The notes: generated by a model not told the origin, from the sequence alone. A stretch of 28,281 nucleotides of DNA from an uncultured Acidimicrobiaceae bacterium (GCA_964479135.1 CAYZKF010000001.1:1-28281); one strand, 5' to 3'. Shown: positions 17,478 through 26,244, counted from the stretch's first letter. Translations and numbers: made by a program.

Positions 17478-19049
17478 ATGCCCCGACCGCGTGGGTCAGC
17501 CCACGGCCTGCCCGCTTCCATCCTGGCTGGAACGGGAGTCGCCCTCCTCACCCTCGGCATCGCCGCCGCAGGGGTCTCGATCGAATACCAGGCCGGAATC
17601 CGCCAATCCAAGAGCCGGCTCGACGGCATCGGCCAGACCATGGTCGAGGGACTGCACCGGGAGCTCCGTGACATCAGCTTCTTCCTCCTTGCCGTTGACC
17701 GACTCCAGCCCGACGATCGCACGCAGATCCAAGTCCGGCTCGACCTGCTCGCGGAGTATCCCCATGTGGCCGCGGTCGGGCACGCTCCCGGAGACCGGAG
17801 CCCGGTCGTCTGGTCGACCCAGGTGTTATCGACTGCGATCACACCCATCGGACCGGACATGCTCGAAGAAGCCAACCTGGGCCTCGACTCGCTGATCATG
17901 TATCGCACCATCGGGTCGCACCTGATGATGACCCATCCCTATCCAGTCCAAGGGGACCGTGTCTGGGATCTGGTCCTGGTTGACATGGCACGAGCAGTCG
18001 ACGATGTGGTCCCTGCCACCTTCGCCCGGGACCTGATCTGGGACTTGCGCCCGGTTCCGGGACTCGACGCGACTCGGGCTGCTCCCGACCGTCACCGCGA
18101 GTACCTGATCCTCGACGGGTCCACCGCATGGGTCCTCGAACTGGGCTGGACCGAACAAGCCAAGACTCGCATGGGGCTGGGGATCGATTGGTGGCTGATC
18201 GGAGCCGGAGTCCTCGTCGCCCTGATCACCGGGACCCTTTCCGCCCGATGGATGCGACGGAAGTACCTCGATGCCGATGTTCGGTCCAACGAGGACCTGG
18301 TCGAGCAGAAGGATCTGCTCCTCCTCGCCATTTCACACCAGATGCGCACTCCTCTGACCGGGATCATCGGGTTTCTCAGACTCGCTCTCGACGAGCCCGA
18401 AGACCAGATGTCGATCACCCAGAGACGGGAGCTCGCTCGGATGGCTTTGGGCGAAGCCGAACTGGTCGCTGAGATCGTCGAGGACCTCCTGCTCAGCACC
18501 CGCATCGACTACCAACAACTGGTGGTAGTCGAACGCACTGTGGCGGTCGAAGGTTTGCTCGCCGACATCTTCCGGGCCACGGCTCGAGACTCCGAGACAC
18601 TCAGATTCGTCGACCCGACAACCGAGACGATGATCTTCGCCGACCCGCTCCGGGTGCGACAACTGTTCAGGAACATCCTCAGCGGTGGACGCGACGAAGG
18701 CTCCACCCATTGGGACGTGACTGTCTCGACCGACGACGAGACTGTCGAGGTGACCCTGATTCCCGATGTGATCGTGGCCCCCCGATCGGATCGACTCATA
18801 CCCGACCACGTGGCCCTGCCCCAGGGCCTATCTGCGGTGCAACCGAGACTGGGGATCGCCAGGAAGCTCTGTCTGCTGATGAACGGCAGCCTCGAGGTCG
18901 TCCAGGGGAGACGGCGCACCGAGATCCGGGTGTCACTGCCGGCGGCGAAGACCGGGACTCCACCACGCAGCTCGGCGAGTCGGCCGAGAGAGCCCAGGCC
19001 GCACCACCGCGGCAAAGGTCGCACCTCCCACCAGGAGACCAACTCCTAG
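17478..19049 (+). CDS. Membrane sensor histidine-kinase-like protein with degenerate ATPase domain
   Basis: Two TMs flanking an extracytoplasmic domain; H-box ISHQMRTPLTGI; N, G1 and G2 boxes eroded. Confidence 0.7.
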   Translation: MPRPRGSAHGLPASILAGTGVALLTLGIAAAGVSIEYQAGIRQSKSRLDGIGQTMVEGLHRELRDISFFLLAVDRLQPDDRTQIQVRLDLLAEYPHVAAVGHAPGDRSPVVWSTQVLSTAITPIGPDMLEEANLGLDSLIMYRTIGSHLMMTHPYPVQGDRVWDLVLVDMARAVDDVVPATFARDLIWDLRPVPGLDATRAAPDRHREYLILDGSTAWVLELGWTEQAKTRMGLGIDWWLIGAGVLVALITGTLSARWMRRKYLDADVRSNEDLVEQKDLLLLAISHQMRTPLTGIIGFLRLALDEPEDQMSITQRRELARMALGEAELVAEIVEDLLLSTRIDYQQLVVVERTVAVEGLLADIFRATARDSETLRFVDPTTETMIFADPLRVRQLFRNILSGGRDEGSTHWDVTVSTDDETVEVTLIPDVIVAPRSDRLIPDHVALPQGLSAVQPRLGIARKLCLLMNGSLEVVQGRRRTEIRVSLPAAKTGTPPRSSASRPREPRPHHRGKGRTSHQETNS

Positions 19050-19143
19050 GGGGGCGGCACCCAGGGGGCCTCGGTCCCTCCCACTGCTCCGCGTATTTGA
19101 CACCTCGGAATCCACCGGGCGGTCCCGCGACGTTCATACACTG

Positions 19144-19500
19144 ATGGTTAGGACAGTGACGACTGAGTCTCCTCCCCGGCCGGACCAGGCCCTGGAGCCC
19201 GAGGATCTCCAGCGTTTCTACTACGCCTGTGCTCACGAGCGACGGTCACCGATGACGATGCGGATGATCGACGCCGCCTCATACGGCTGGATCCACCTCT
19301 TCGTCCAAACCCAGCATGTCTCCGACCGGTCGAACCCTGAGTGGGCCAGCCCGGGAACGGCGGACCCGCGCAAGCTCGAGGGCTTCTTCGAACGGGTGGC
19401 AATCAGGCTGAGGGAGACCCCCGGACACGACTATGCCCGGCGCTTGGAAGCCCATTACAAGGAGATCGCCGACTCGATAGAGGTCTGGCCGAGCCTCTAG
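19144..19500 (+). CDS. Hypothetical protein (118 aa; possible GTG start at 19156)
   Basis: Protein-like composition, fills the gap between same-strand genes; no family recognised. Confidence 0.6.
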   Translation: MVRTVTTESPPRPDQALEPEDLQRFYYACAHERRSPMTMRMIDAASYGWIHLFVQTQHVSDRSNPEWASPGTADPRKLEGFFERVAIRLRETPGHDYARRLEAHYKEIADSIEVWPSL

Positions 19501-19546
19501 TGCTCCGGCTCGTAGGGCAGCCCGCAACGATCAGGAGCCGGATAGG

Positions 19547-20176
19547 GTGTCTCCTGTGTGGGCCACAAACCCGCCAATCGTGGTCGACTGCGAGAGGATC
19601 GTCCAGGGGTTCCTCGCCCAACCGGTCAACGCAGTTACCAGCCTCAGCTTCGTGATCGCCGGGTCTTTGATCGCCTGGCAACGACCCGACCGCCGCCTGT
19701 TCGGCCTTCTGGTCGGGCTGGTCGGAACCGGGTCCTTTCTGTTCCACGGGCCGATGCCCTTCCAGTCGGAGTGGCTCCACGACGTCACCATCGGATGGGT
19801 CTTGGCTGCGGTCGCCCTCGACCGTAAACGGCAGTGGCTGTATCTGGTGATCCCGATCGTGGCGGTGACCTTCGCCGTCTGGCCATCTGGCGCCGATCCG
19901 ATCATGGTCTTGATGGCCGCGGTGGTGGTCGCCGGAGAGGCGACCAGGGGACTCCGCCAACGCGTAGTCGCCGCACCCGCTTCGGTGGGCGTGCTCGTCC
20001 TGGGTGCCGGGATCGGGACCATGTCACGAACCGGGTGGCCCTGGTGTGACCCGGACTCGTTGATCCAGGGGCACGCGGTGTGGCATCTCCTCGCCGCGAC
20101 CGCCCTCTTCGTGTGGGGCACCTACTCGGGGAAAGAACAGGCCCGAGCTAACGCCGGCCTCGATTCGACCCGGTGA
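19547..20176 (+). CDS. Ceramidase-like CREST-superfamily membrane hydrolase
   Basis: DCE..N.VTSL, GSFLFHG (SxxxH) and GHAVWH (HxxxH) metal motifs; multiple TMs. Confidence 0.75.
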   Translation: MSPVWATNPPIVVDCERIVQGFLAQPVNAVTSLSFVIAGSLIAWQRPDRRLFGLLVGLVGTGSFLFHGPMPFQSEWLHDVTIGWVLAAVALDRKRQWLYLVIPIVAVTFAVWPSGADPIMVLMAAVVVAGEATRGLRQRVVAAPASVGVLVLGAGIGTMSRTGWPWCDPDSLIQGHAVWHLLAATALFVWGTYSGKEQARANAGLDSTR

Positions 20177-20181
20177 GCGGT

Positions 20182-21675
20182 TCACGGGTCCAGCGACTCC
20201 TCGCAAGTGGTGTCGAGCCCGCTCAGACCCAGCGCCTCCCGGGCGGCGATCGGATCGCGCATCACGAATTGGGCGTCGGCCCGGATCTGTTCGATGTCGA
20301 AGTAGCGGATGCTCGAGTTGGGGGCCGGTATCTCGTACGCCGATCGGGCGATGCTCAGGGCGGTGAAGTGCTCGGTGTCCAGATTGGGGAGGAGGTCCAC
20401 GAAGTCAACCAGGGCGTCCTGGGGGATGTCGGTGAGGACGTTTGTTTTGATGGCGTCGGAGACACGTCCCAAGTTGACGAGGAGGCTGAGAGGGTTGGTT
20501 TGCTCGACCAGGGCAGCCAACACGCACCGCTGCCGTTGCATTCGGGCAAACTCGTGCGACTGTGACCTGATCCGGGTGTAGGCGAGGGCTTGGTACCCAT
20601 CGAGATGCTGGGTCCCCTCCTCGATGACAACCGTCGTCCTGGTGGCGCCCCAATGGTCGTCGGCGGTGTCGTAGTTACGGTCGACGATCCTCCTCGGCAC
20701 CTCGATGGTGACGCCACCGAGAGCATCGATGACATCGATGAACCCCCGCACCGTGATCAGCGCGTAATAGTGGATGGGGATGCCGAAGAGCTCACCAAGT
20801 GCCGCTTTGACCGCGTTCTCTCCCGGTGTCCCCGGTCCCGGGTAGCGGTGAGGCGCGACGTCCTCGGCTCTGCGGTAGACATGCCCGATCCAGTCCCAAT
20901 CGTCGAGTGTTCTCGGGACTCCCATCCCCTCGGGCATCTCGAAGTTGGAGAGGAACCGGGGCACCGAGAGCACCGCCACGTCGTAAGGCGGTTGCGGGTT
21001 GATGCTGACCACGATCATCACATCGGTCCGGTGCCCCAGATAACGCCGGTCGGTGGGATCCAGATCCTCCTGGTTGGGCCGCATGTCCGAGCCGAGCATC
21101 GCGATGTTGAGACGTTCCACCCCGTCCCAGATCCGGGGAGGCTGGGTGGTCGTGGTGGTCGGCGGCCTGCTCGTCGATGTCGGTCTGGTGACCGCGGGGC
21201 CGGAGGTCGTGGTGGTGTCAGCGGCCACCGGCGGGGTCGGAGCGAACACCGTCTCGATCAGGTCGTATTGGGTCCAGGCAAGGTACCCACCTACCAGGTG
21301 GGGGCCGACGAGAATGAGGCCGGCCAAGGCCATCACCCCGCCTGCACGTAAACCTGTGGGACGGACCGACGCCGCCCGGTAGGCGCCGCCCACGGCGAGG
21401 GTCCGGTAGACGAGGATGGCGACGTTGAACACCATCAGCAGGACCAATGCGTCGAGGCTGACCCATACCTTGACCGTCTCCCACCGAAACCGGGCTACGA
21501 CCACCAACAGAGCGGCGGCCAACAACAGGTCGCACGCGAAGAACCGGTATGCCGCCCTAGTCCTTCCCGTGTAGACCTGGCCCCATCCGGGAAGGATCGA
21601 TGACAACAGCGCTGCAAGAGGAGCGCTGTTCCCGGCGTCGCCGGCTGTCGGCCTGGTTGAGGGCACCTCGGTCAC
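20182..21675 (-). CDS. LCP (LytR-CpsA-Psr) family glycopolymer transferase with N-terminal TMs
   Basis: LNIAMLGSD, RTDVMIVV, VLSVPR, ALAYTRIR and FARMQRQ; likely GTG start at 21675. Confidence 0.9.
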   Translation of the reverse strand: MTEVPSTRPTAGDAGNSAPLAALLSSILPGWGQVYTGRTRAAYRFFACDLLLAAALLVVVARFRWETVKVWVSLDALVLLMVFNVAILVYRTLAVGGAYRAASVRPTGLRAGGVMALAGLILVGPHLVGGYLAWTQYDLIETVFAPTPPVAADTTTTSGPAVTRPTSTSRPPTTTTTQPPRIWDGVERLNIAMLGSDMRPNQEDLDPTDRRYLGHRTDVMIVVSINPQPPYDVAVLSVPRFLSNFEMPEGMGVPRTLDDWDWIGHVYRRAEDVAPHRYPGPGTPGENAVKAALGELFGIPIHYYALITVRGFIDVIDALGGVTIEVPRRIVDRNYDTADDHWGATRTTVVIEEGTQHLDGYQALAYTRIRSQSHEFARMQRQRCVLAALVEQTNPLSLLVNLGRVSDAIKTNVLTDIPQDALVDFVDLLPNLDTEHFTALSIARSAYEIPAPNSSIRYFDIEQIRADAQFVMRDPIAAREALGLSGLDTTCEESLDP

Positions 21676-21763
21676 AAGCGTACGACGTCCCCGGGGAAGC
21701 CAAAGGTTCCGGGGGGATTCTGAGCGTCTCGATCGATACGCAACCCGGGTAGGGTCGCCTCCA

Positions 21764-22018
21764 ATGATCGAGGTCAACCGATCATCCCAACACGCAGATC
21801 ACCACACCGCTTCGGGAGCGTCGGTGCGTCTGACCACGCGAACCTGGAGCGTCGGTGTGACGAGGAAGAGGTGGGGACTGGGGATCGGCTACACCGGTCC
21901 GAAGTGGGTGGCGGTTGACGGTGTCCGGGTGCCGGTACGCGACTACCTCCTGCTGGTGCAACTGACCGCGGTGGCAGTGGCAATCATGACCAGATTGGCG
22001 AGGAGGTTCAGACCGTGA
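21764..22018 (+). CDS. Hypothetical protein coupled to the YtfJ-like gene
   Basis: C-terminal hydrophobic helix; stop overlaps the next GTG. Confidence 0.55.
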   Translation: MIEVNRSSQHADHHTASGASVRLTTRTWSVGVTRKRWGLGIGYTGPKWVAVDGVRVPVRDYLLLVQLTAVAVAIMTRLARRFRP

Positions 22019-22410
22019 CGATTCCCGGAGCCGAAGGGTTCGACATCAACAAGTCCCTCGACGAAACCGGATCCCGCATACGCGAGGGGTTGGACAGTCT
22101 GATGGGACCGGCGTCACCATCCATGGTGTTCTCCGAGCCCCAGGTCATAGGAGACGACCTGGTGTTCACCGCGTCGTCCTGGGAGCGCGGTGGCGGTTTC
22201 GGTCTAGGGGCTGGTACCGGCGGTGACCCCACCGGTGGCGGCACCGGTGGAGGTGGTGGAGCCGGCGGCGGGTCACAGGGTCGGCCGGTGGCTGTGATTC
22301 GCGTAGGACCGGGAGGAATCGAGGTCCGTCCGGTACTCGACCTCACCAAGCTCGCGGTGACCGTGCTGCTGGCCTTGGTCGGCGTGTGGAAGGCATTGAG
22401 AGCCAAGTAG
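22015..22410 (+). CDS. YtfJ/GerW-like Gly-rich protein
   Basis: VFSEP..GD, GGGFGLGAG, GGGGGAGGG and PVAVI.V...GIEVRPV. Confidence 0.75.
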   Translation: MTIPGAEGFDINKSLDETGSRIREGLDSLMGPASPSMVFSEPQVIGDDLVFTASSWERGGGFGLGAGTGGDPTGGGTGGGGGAGGGSQGRPVAVIRVGPGGIEVRPVLDLTKLAVTVLLALVGVWKALRAK

Positions 22411-22445
22411 TCGCCGCTGCGCCGGGGCGAGACTGAGCCGTTGGA

Positions 22446-22913
22446 TCAGTCAGCGGGATCGGTGACGTCGGCGACTCGCGCTTCGAGGACCCGAGCCAGA
22501 TCTGCCCCGTGGATTGTTATCGAGACACCGTGGTCCCCTCCCCCTATCGAGACCGGGGTATCCACTGTCCGAGTGTCGGCGATCACCGGCCAGGGCCGGG
22601 TGGACCCGAGCGGGGTGATGGTGCCTCGCGCATAGCCGGTGACGTCCTGGGCGCTCACGGCGTCGGGCATCGACAGTCGGCTCACCCCGAGCAAACGTCT
22701 CAGCTTCACCCAGGAGATGACCCGGTCACCGGGGACCAGAACGAACAGGAAATCGTCGTCCCCCCTCCGCACCACCATCGTCTTGATCACTGCCGAAGGG
22801 GCCACCCCCCGCAACTCGGCTGCCTCCTCGAGCGAGGCAACCGGCCGGTGGCGAATCACCCGAAATTCGACGCCGTCAAGCCGCGAGTCGGAGAGTGCGG
22901 GTGTTGATTCCAC
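22446..22913 (-). CDS. YbaK/EbsC-family aminoacyl-tRNA deacylase
   Basis: EEAAE.RG, VIKTMVV, VLVPGD, TGY.RGTITPLG and IGGG..G.S; start uncertain (GTG 22913 assumed). Confidence 0.88.
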   Translation of the reverse strand: MESTPALSDSRLDGVEFRVIRHRPVASLEEAAELRGVAPSAVIKTMVVRRGDDDFLFVLVPGDRVISWVKLRRLLGVSRLSMPDAVSAQDVTGYARGTITPLGSTRPWPVIADTRTVDTPVSIGGGDHGVSITIHGADLARVLEARVADVTDPAD

Positions 22914-23003
22914 TCCCACCGACACTAACCATCGCCCGCGGAACACCATCCGTGACCTGGGCCTCGATGCATTTGGCCGGGCCGTCGCAGGTATTCTCGC
23001 CAA

Positions 23004-23975
23004 GTGACTGACCACGGCGGACCCATAGACTGGCTACTGGACCCCGAGAATTCCGACCCGTCGATCCGTTGGCAGGTGATGCGCGACCTGCTCGACGCCC
23101 CAGAGTCGGAGTGGGCGGCGGAGCGGCGAATGGTGGAGACCGAGGGCTGGGGTGCTCGTCTCCTCGACTTCGAAGACGAAGATGGTCAATGGGCCGGGGG
23201 CGCATACTTCCCGGCTGATTACGTCTGGGGGGGCGACGAGCCCGGTCAGCCCTGGACGGCCACCACCCATTCTCTCTCCCTGCTGCGGGAGTTCGGGCTC
23301 GACCCGACTTCGGACCGGGTCAGGCGCGCCATGGAGCTCATCGGCGCCAATGCACGGTGGGAACACGATGGCCAGCCGTACTGGGAGGGTGAAGTCGAGC
23401 CATGCGTCAACGGCATCACCGTGGCCAACGGCACCTATTTCGGCGTTGACCTGTCCCCCATCGTCGAGCGGCTGTTGGGCGAGCGCCTCGGGGACGGCGG
23501 CTGGAACTGCGAGGCTGAGAACGGCTCGGTTCGCTCGTCCTTTGCCACCACGATCAACGTTCTCGAAGGGCTCTTGGAGTACGAGCGGGCCACCAGGGGC
23601 ACCCCCCGGTCGCGGGAGGCCCGCCTCTCCGGCGAGGAGTACCTTCTCGAGCGCAAGCTGTTCCGGCGACTGGGCACCGGCGAGCCGGCCGACCAGCGGT
23701 TCCTCGACCTCCTGAACCCGAGTCGATGGCGCTACCACGTGCTCCGGGCCCTGGACTATTTCCGTGCCTCCGCTGCCTTTACTGGCGATGCCCCGGATCC
23801 CCGGCTCGGCGAGGCGATAGAACATCTTCGTTCCAGGCGCACCGAGGATGGCAGATGGCCCCTCGACTGGAGCCCCACCGGCCGGGTGTGGTTTGAGGTC
23901 GACGACGGAAAGGACCAGCCCTCGCGCTGGGTGACCCTCCGGGCGATGCGGGTGCTCAGATGGTGGGAGGGATAG
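23004..23975 (+). CDS. Conserved hypothetical protein with prenyltransferase/squalene-cyclase-like alpha-barrel repeats
   Basis: WLLD..DPSIRW, DGQWAGG, DGGWNCE and EDGRWP repeats (QW-like). Confidence 0.65.
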   Translation: MTDHGGPIDWLLDPENSDPSIRWQVMRDLLDAPESEWAAERRMVETEGWGARLLDFEDEDGQWAGGAYFPADYVWGGDEPGQPWTATTHSLSLLREFGLDPTSDRVRRAMELIGANARWEHDGQPYWEGEVEPCVNGITVANGTYFGVDLSPIVERLLGERLGDGGWNCEAENGSVRSSFATTINVLEGLLEYERATRGTPRSREARLSGEEYLLERKLFRRLGTGEPADQRFLDLLNPSRWRYHVLRALDYFRASAAFTGDAPDPRLGEAIEHLRSRRTEDGRWPLDWSPTGRVWFEVDDGKDQPSRWVTLRAMRVLRWWEG

Positions 23976-23985
23976 TCCACCCCGG

Positions 23986-24008
23986 GCTGCTGACCGGCAG
24001 CTTCGTTT
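23986..24008 (+). terminator. Short hairpin plus T-rich tail after the 23004 gene, abutting the att-like remnant
   Basis: gctgc-tgaccg-gcagc-ttcgttt. Confidence 0.4.
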
Positions 24009-24038
24009 GTGGACCCCACAGGATGTGAACCTGCAAGC
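24007..24038 (-). repeat. Decayed copy of the tRNA(CAT) 3' end (att-like direct repeat)
   Basis: ttgtggaccccacaggatgtgaacctgcaagc versus tggtgggcccggcaggatttgaacctgcaacc (25233-25264): 26/32 identical, same orientation. Confidence 0.75.
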
Positions 24039-24218
24039 ATTACCTCCGGTATCAGATGCCCAAAGGGATTCATCGCGACTCTGATGCAGCTATCTCACCC
24101 CGCAGTCGACCGCCACTCCCGAGTAGGCTTGTAGGGCAGATCCGGCTGAAACAACGTACAAAACGTACGAGCCGTGCACCTACGACCGGGGGCATGAGTG
24201 TGTCGGGAGGAGGTAGCA

Positions 24219-24296
24219 ATGAGTCGAATGATCTGGTTCGTTCTCGGGATCATCGGACTGATCGTGGTGATCATCTGGGTTTTGAATCGCATATAG
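24219..24296 (+). CDS. 25-aa single-TM small protein (not in the ORF track)
   Basis: GGAGGAGG RBS 6 nt before ATG; MSRMIWFVLGIIGLIVVIIWVLNRI*. Confidence 0.75.
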   Translation: MSRMIWFVLGIIGLIVVIIWVLNRI

Positions 24297-24513
24297 CCGC
24301 GCCCCTCTCGTTCAAGTAGCGGAGCCTCGTCCACTCGCCGTTGGATCGTCGACGATCAGATCGGTCTGGCTCCGTAGGTCGTTGGGGCGGTGGTCCGTGA
24401 GGGTCGGAGCTACCGAGAGGTCGAGGTTCCACACCGGGACCGACGGGCGGCTCACCCCCGTACCATCAGGCCATGAGCGGGTCGGTAGAGGTCAGGCTCC
24501 GGCATCAACTGAC

Positions 24514-24542
24514 TTGCACCTACCTGGGTCCACCGGCATTGT
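24514..24542 (+). promoter_or_regulatory. Putative promoter for a leaderless HIT transcript
   Basis: TTGCAC-N17-CATTGT, followed 6 nt later by ATG 24549; no RBS. Confidence 0.45.
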
Positions 24543-24548
24543 TGCGCC

Positions 24549-24998
24549 ATGACACAGAGCACGACGTCGGCGGCGCAAGAGTGCATCTTCTGCGCCATTG
24601 TGGAGCGAGAGGCCGAGGCCAGTGTCGTGTTCGAGGACGAGACCGTTGTGGTCTTCATGGACCTGAACCCCGTAACACCCGGCCATCTTCTCGTCGTGCC
24701 TCGCGAGCACGTGGTGGGCCTCGAAGACCTCGATGGAGCCACTGGCGCCCACGTTTGGTCGGTCGGTCACAACATGTCGCGAGCCTTGCGACGCTCCCGC
24801 ATGCGCTGCGAGGGGATCAACGTGTTCCTCTGTGACGGCGAAGCCGCCTTTCAGACGGTTTTCCACTTCCACCTTCACGTCATCCCTCGCTACACAGGAG
24901 ACGGCTGGACCATCATTCCCGAGTCGACCGAACGCGAGAGGTCGCTCCTCGACAGCGACGCGCAAGCGATCAGAGACGCCATCGCGTCGACGGACTGA
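24549..24998 (+). CDS. HIT-family nucleotide hydrolase
   Basis: CIFCAI, MDLNP..PGHLLVVPREH and VFHFHLHVIPR histidine triad. Confidence 0.95.
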   Translation: MTQSTTSAAQECIFCAIVEREAEASVVFEDETVVVFMDLNPVTPGHLLVVPREHVVGLEDLDGATGAHVWSVGHNMSRALRRSRMRCEGINVFLCDGEAAFQTVFHFHLHVIPRYTGDGWTIIPESTERERSLLDSDAQAIRDAIASTD

Positions 24999-25232
24999 AT
25001 GGTGACTTCCGCTTATGCCGCGAACCGGTCGATCCGCCGACCCGAATAGGCACTTACCGAGAGCCCTGTGACGTATGTTTTCTTACATCGCATCGGTTAG
25101 ATGCAACTGTGTGCGCTGAGCACGACCCGTCCATTTCTGGCCGTCTCCCCAGGTGGGTGAAAACGAGACACAAGAGCCGGAGCCAATGTGGGACAGACCT
25201 ACCGGACTTTCACAATGTCTCGCGACATCACA

Positions 25233-25310
25233 TGGTGGGCCCGGCAGGATTTGAACCTGCAACCGACGGATTATGAGTCCGCTGCTCTGACCAGGTTGAG
25301 CTACGGGCCC
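25233..25310 (-). tRNA. tRNA with CAT anticodon, probably tRNA-Ile2 (lysidine)
   Basis: Cloverleaf GGGCCCG...GCGGA-CTCATAA-TCCGT...GGTTCAAATCC...CGGGCCCACCA. G1-C72 pair and no GGG/CCC anticodon stem, so not initiator; C4-G69 and C5-G68 match TilS determinants described in E. coli. Confidence 0.9.
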
Positions 25311-25353
25311 CGCAGCCTCATCGTACCTGCGGGCGGCCGGTCATCCCATCGGG

Positions 25354-26244
25354 TCAACCGACGACTGCACTCCTGACCTTTGGGGCCACTTCCGTGGCAA
25401 ACCCCCTGATCTGGTCGGCGCGGTCGTCTCCTTCCGGCCAGAAGATGAAGGTGTCGACACCCAACCCGGCGACCTCGACCAACTCATCGACCCATTGGTC
25501 CACCGGTCCCCTGAAAAGCTCGCCGCCGGCATCGCCGATCGAGCCGTTCAAGTTGTAGATCGTCCGGATCGACTCTGCCTCCCGACCAGCACTCGAGGCC
25601 GCCTCATCGATCCTGGCAAGGTAGCCGGGCAGATCCTCCGGCGGCGCCCAGGACGACGACGGCACCCATCCGTCTGCCTTTCTCCCTATCAGGTCGAGCA
25701 TTCTCGGCCCACGAGCCCCCACCCAGATCGCCATGTCATGCGCCGGTTGGGGACCGGTGTGCACGCCTGCGAGTTGGTAGTGCTCACCATCGTATTTGAC
25801 TCCCCGATCCCCACTCCACACCAGACGGATGACATCGATCGCCTCCTCGATGGCATCGACAGCCTCACCCGGTGATCTGACCTTGCCCCCCATGGCGCCC
25901 ACAGCCTCCCAGAAGGTGCCGGCGCCCAGACCCAACTCGACCCGGCCACCACTGAGCACGTCGAGAGAAGCCGCCGACTTGGCCAAAATCGCCGGTGGTC
26001 GCAGGGGAAGGCTGATCACGTCAGGGAAGAACCTGATCCTCGAGGTCATCCCGGTGAGAAAGGAGATCAGCGTCCAGGTGTCGTAGAACCTCCACTGGTA
26101 GGGGTGATCCTGGATCCCGACCAGGTCGAGCCCAGTATCTTCGGCGGCCCGGACCAAATCGAAGATCTCGGATTGCTCCTGCCACACCGGGGCGACACTC
26201 ATCCCAAACTGCAGATCGGGCACACCATTCCTTTCAACAGCCAA
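25354..26244 (-). CDS. LLM-class (luciferase-like) flavin/F420-dependent oxidoreductase
   Basis: VGIQDHP, RPPAILAKSAASLDVLSGGRVELGLGAG, GARGPRML..IGRKADGW. Confidence 0.92.
   Translation of the reverse strand: MAVERNGVPDLQFGMSVAPVWQEQSEIFDLVRAAEDTGLDLVGIQDHPYQWRFYDTWTLISFLTGMTSRIRFFPDVISLPLRPPAILAKSAASLDVLSGGRVELGLGAGTFWEAVGAMGGKVRSPGEAVDAIEEAIDVIRLVWSGDRGVKYDGEHYQLAGVHTGPQPAHDMAIWVGARGPRMLDLIGRKADGWVPSSSWAPPEDLPGYLARIDEAASSAGREAESIRTIYNLNGSIGDAGGELFRGPVDQWVDELVEVAGLGVDTFIFWPEGDDRADQIRGFATEVAPKVRSAVVG

Larger units (their letters stand above)
24007..25264. mobile_element. Integrase-less genomic islet at tRNA(CAT) carrying a HIT gene and a small membrane peptide
   Basis: Bounded by the tRNA 3'-end repeat on the 3' side of the tRNA; its intergenic stretches look AT-richer than the flanking genes. 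Confidence 0.55.

Noticed and set aside
24308-24454. Minus-strand 47-codon ORF (VSRPSVPVWNLDL...)
   Set aside because: No RBS, no recognisable motif, and the only upstream partner is a shadow ORF of HIT
5450-25014. Shared 9-mer AGCGGAAGT just after both islet cargo genes (5450-5458 on +, ~25005-25013 on -)
   Set aside because: It has opposite orientation relative to both the tRNA and the cargo gene, with no flanking similarity; it cannot be distinguished from chance without more examples
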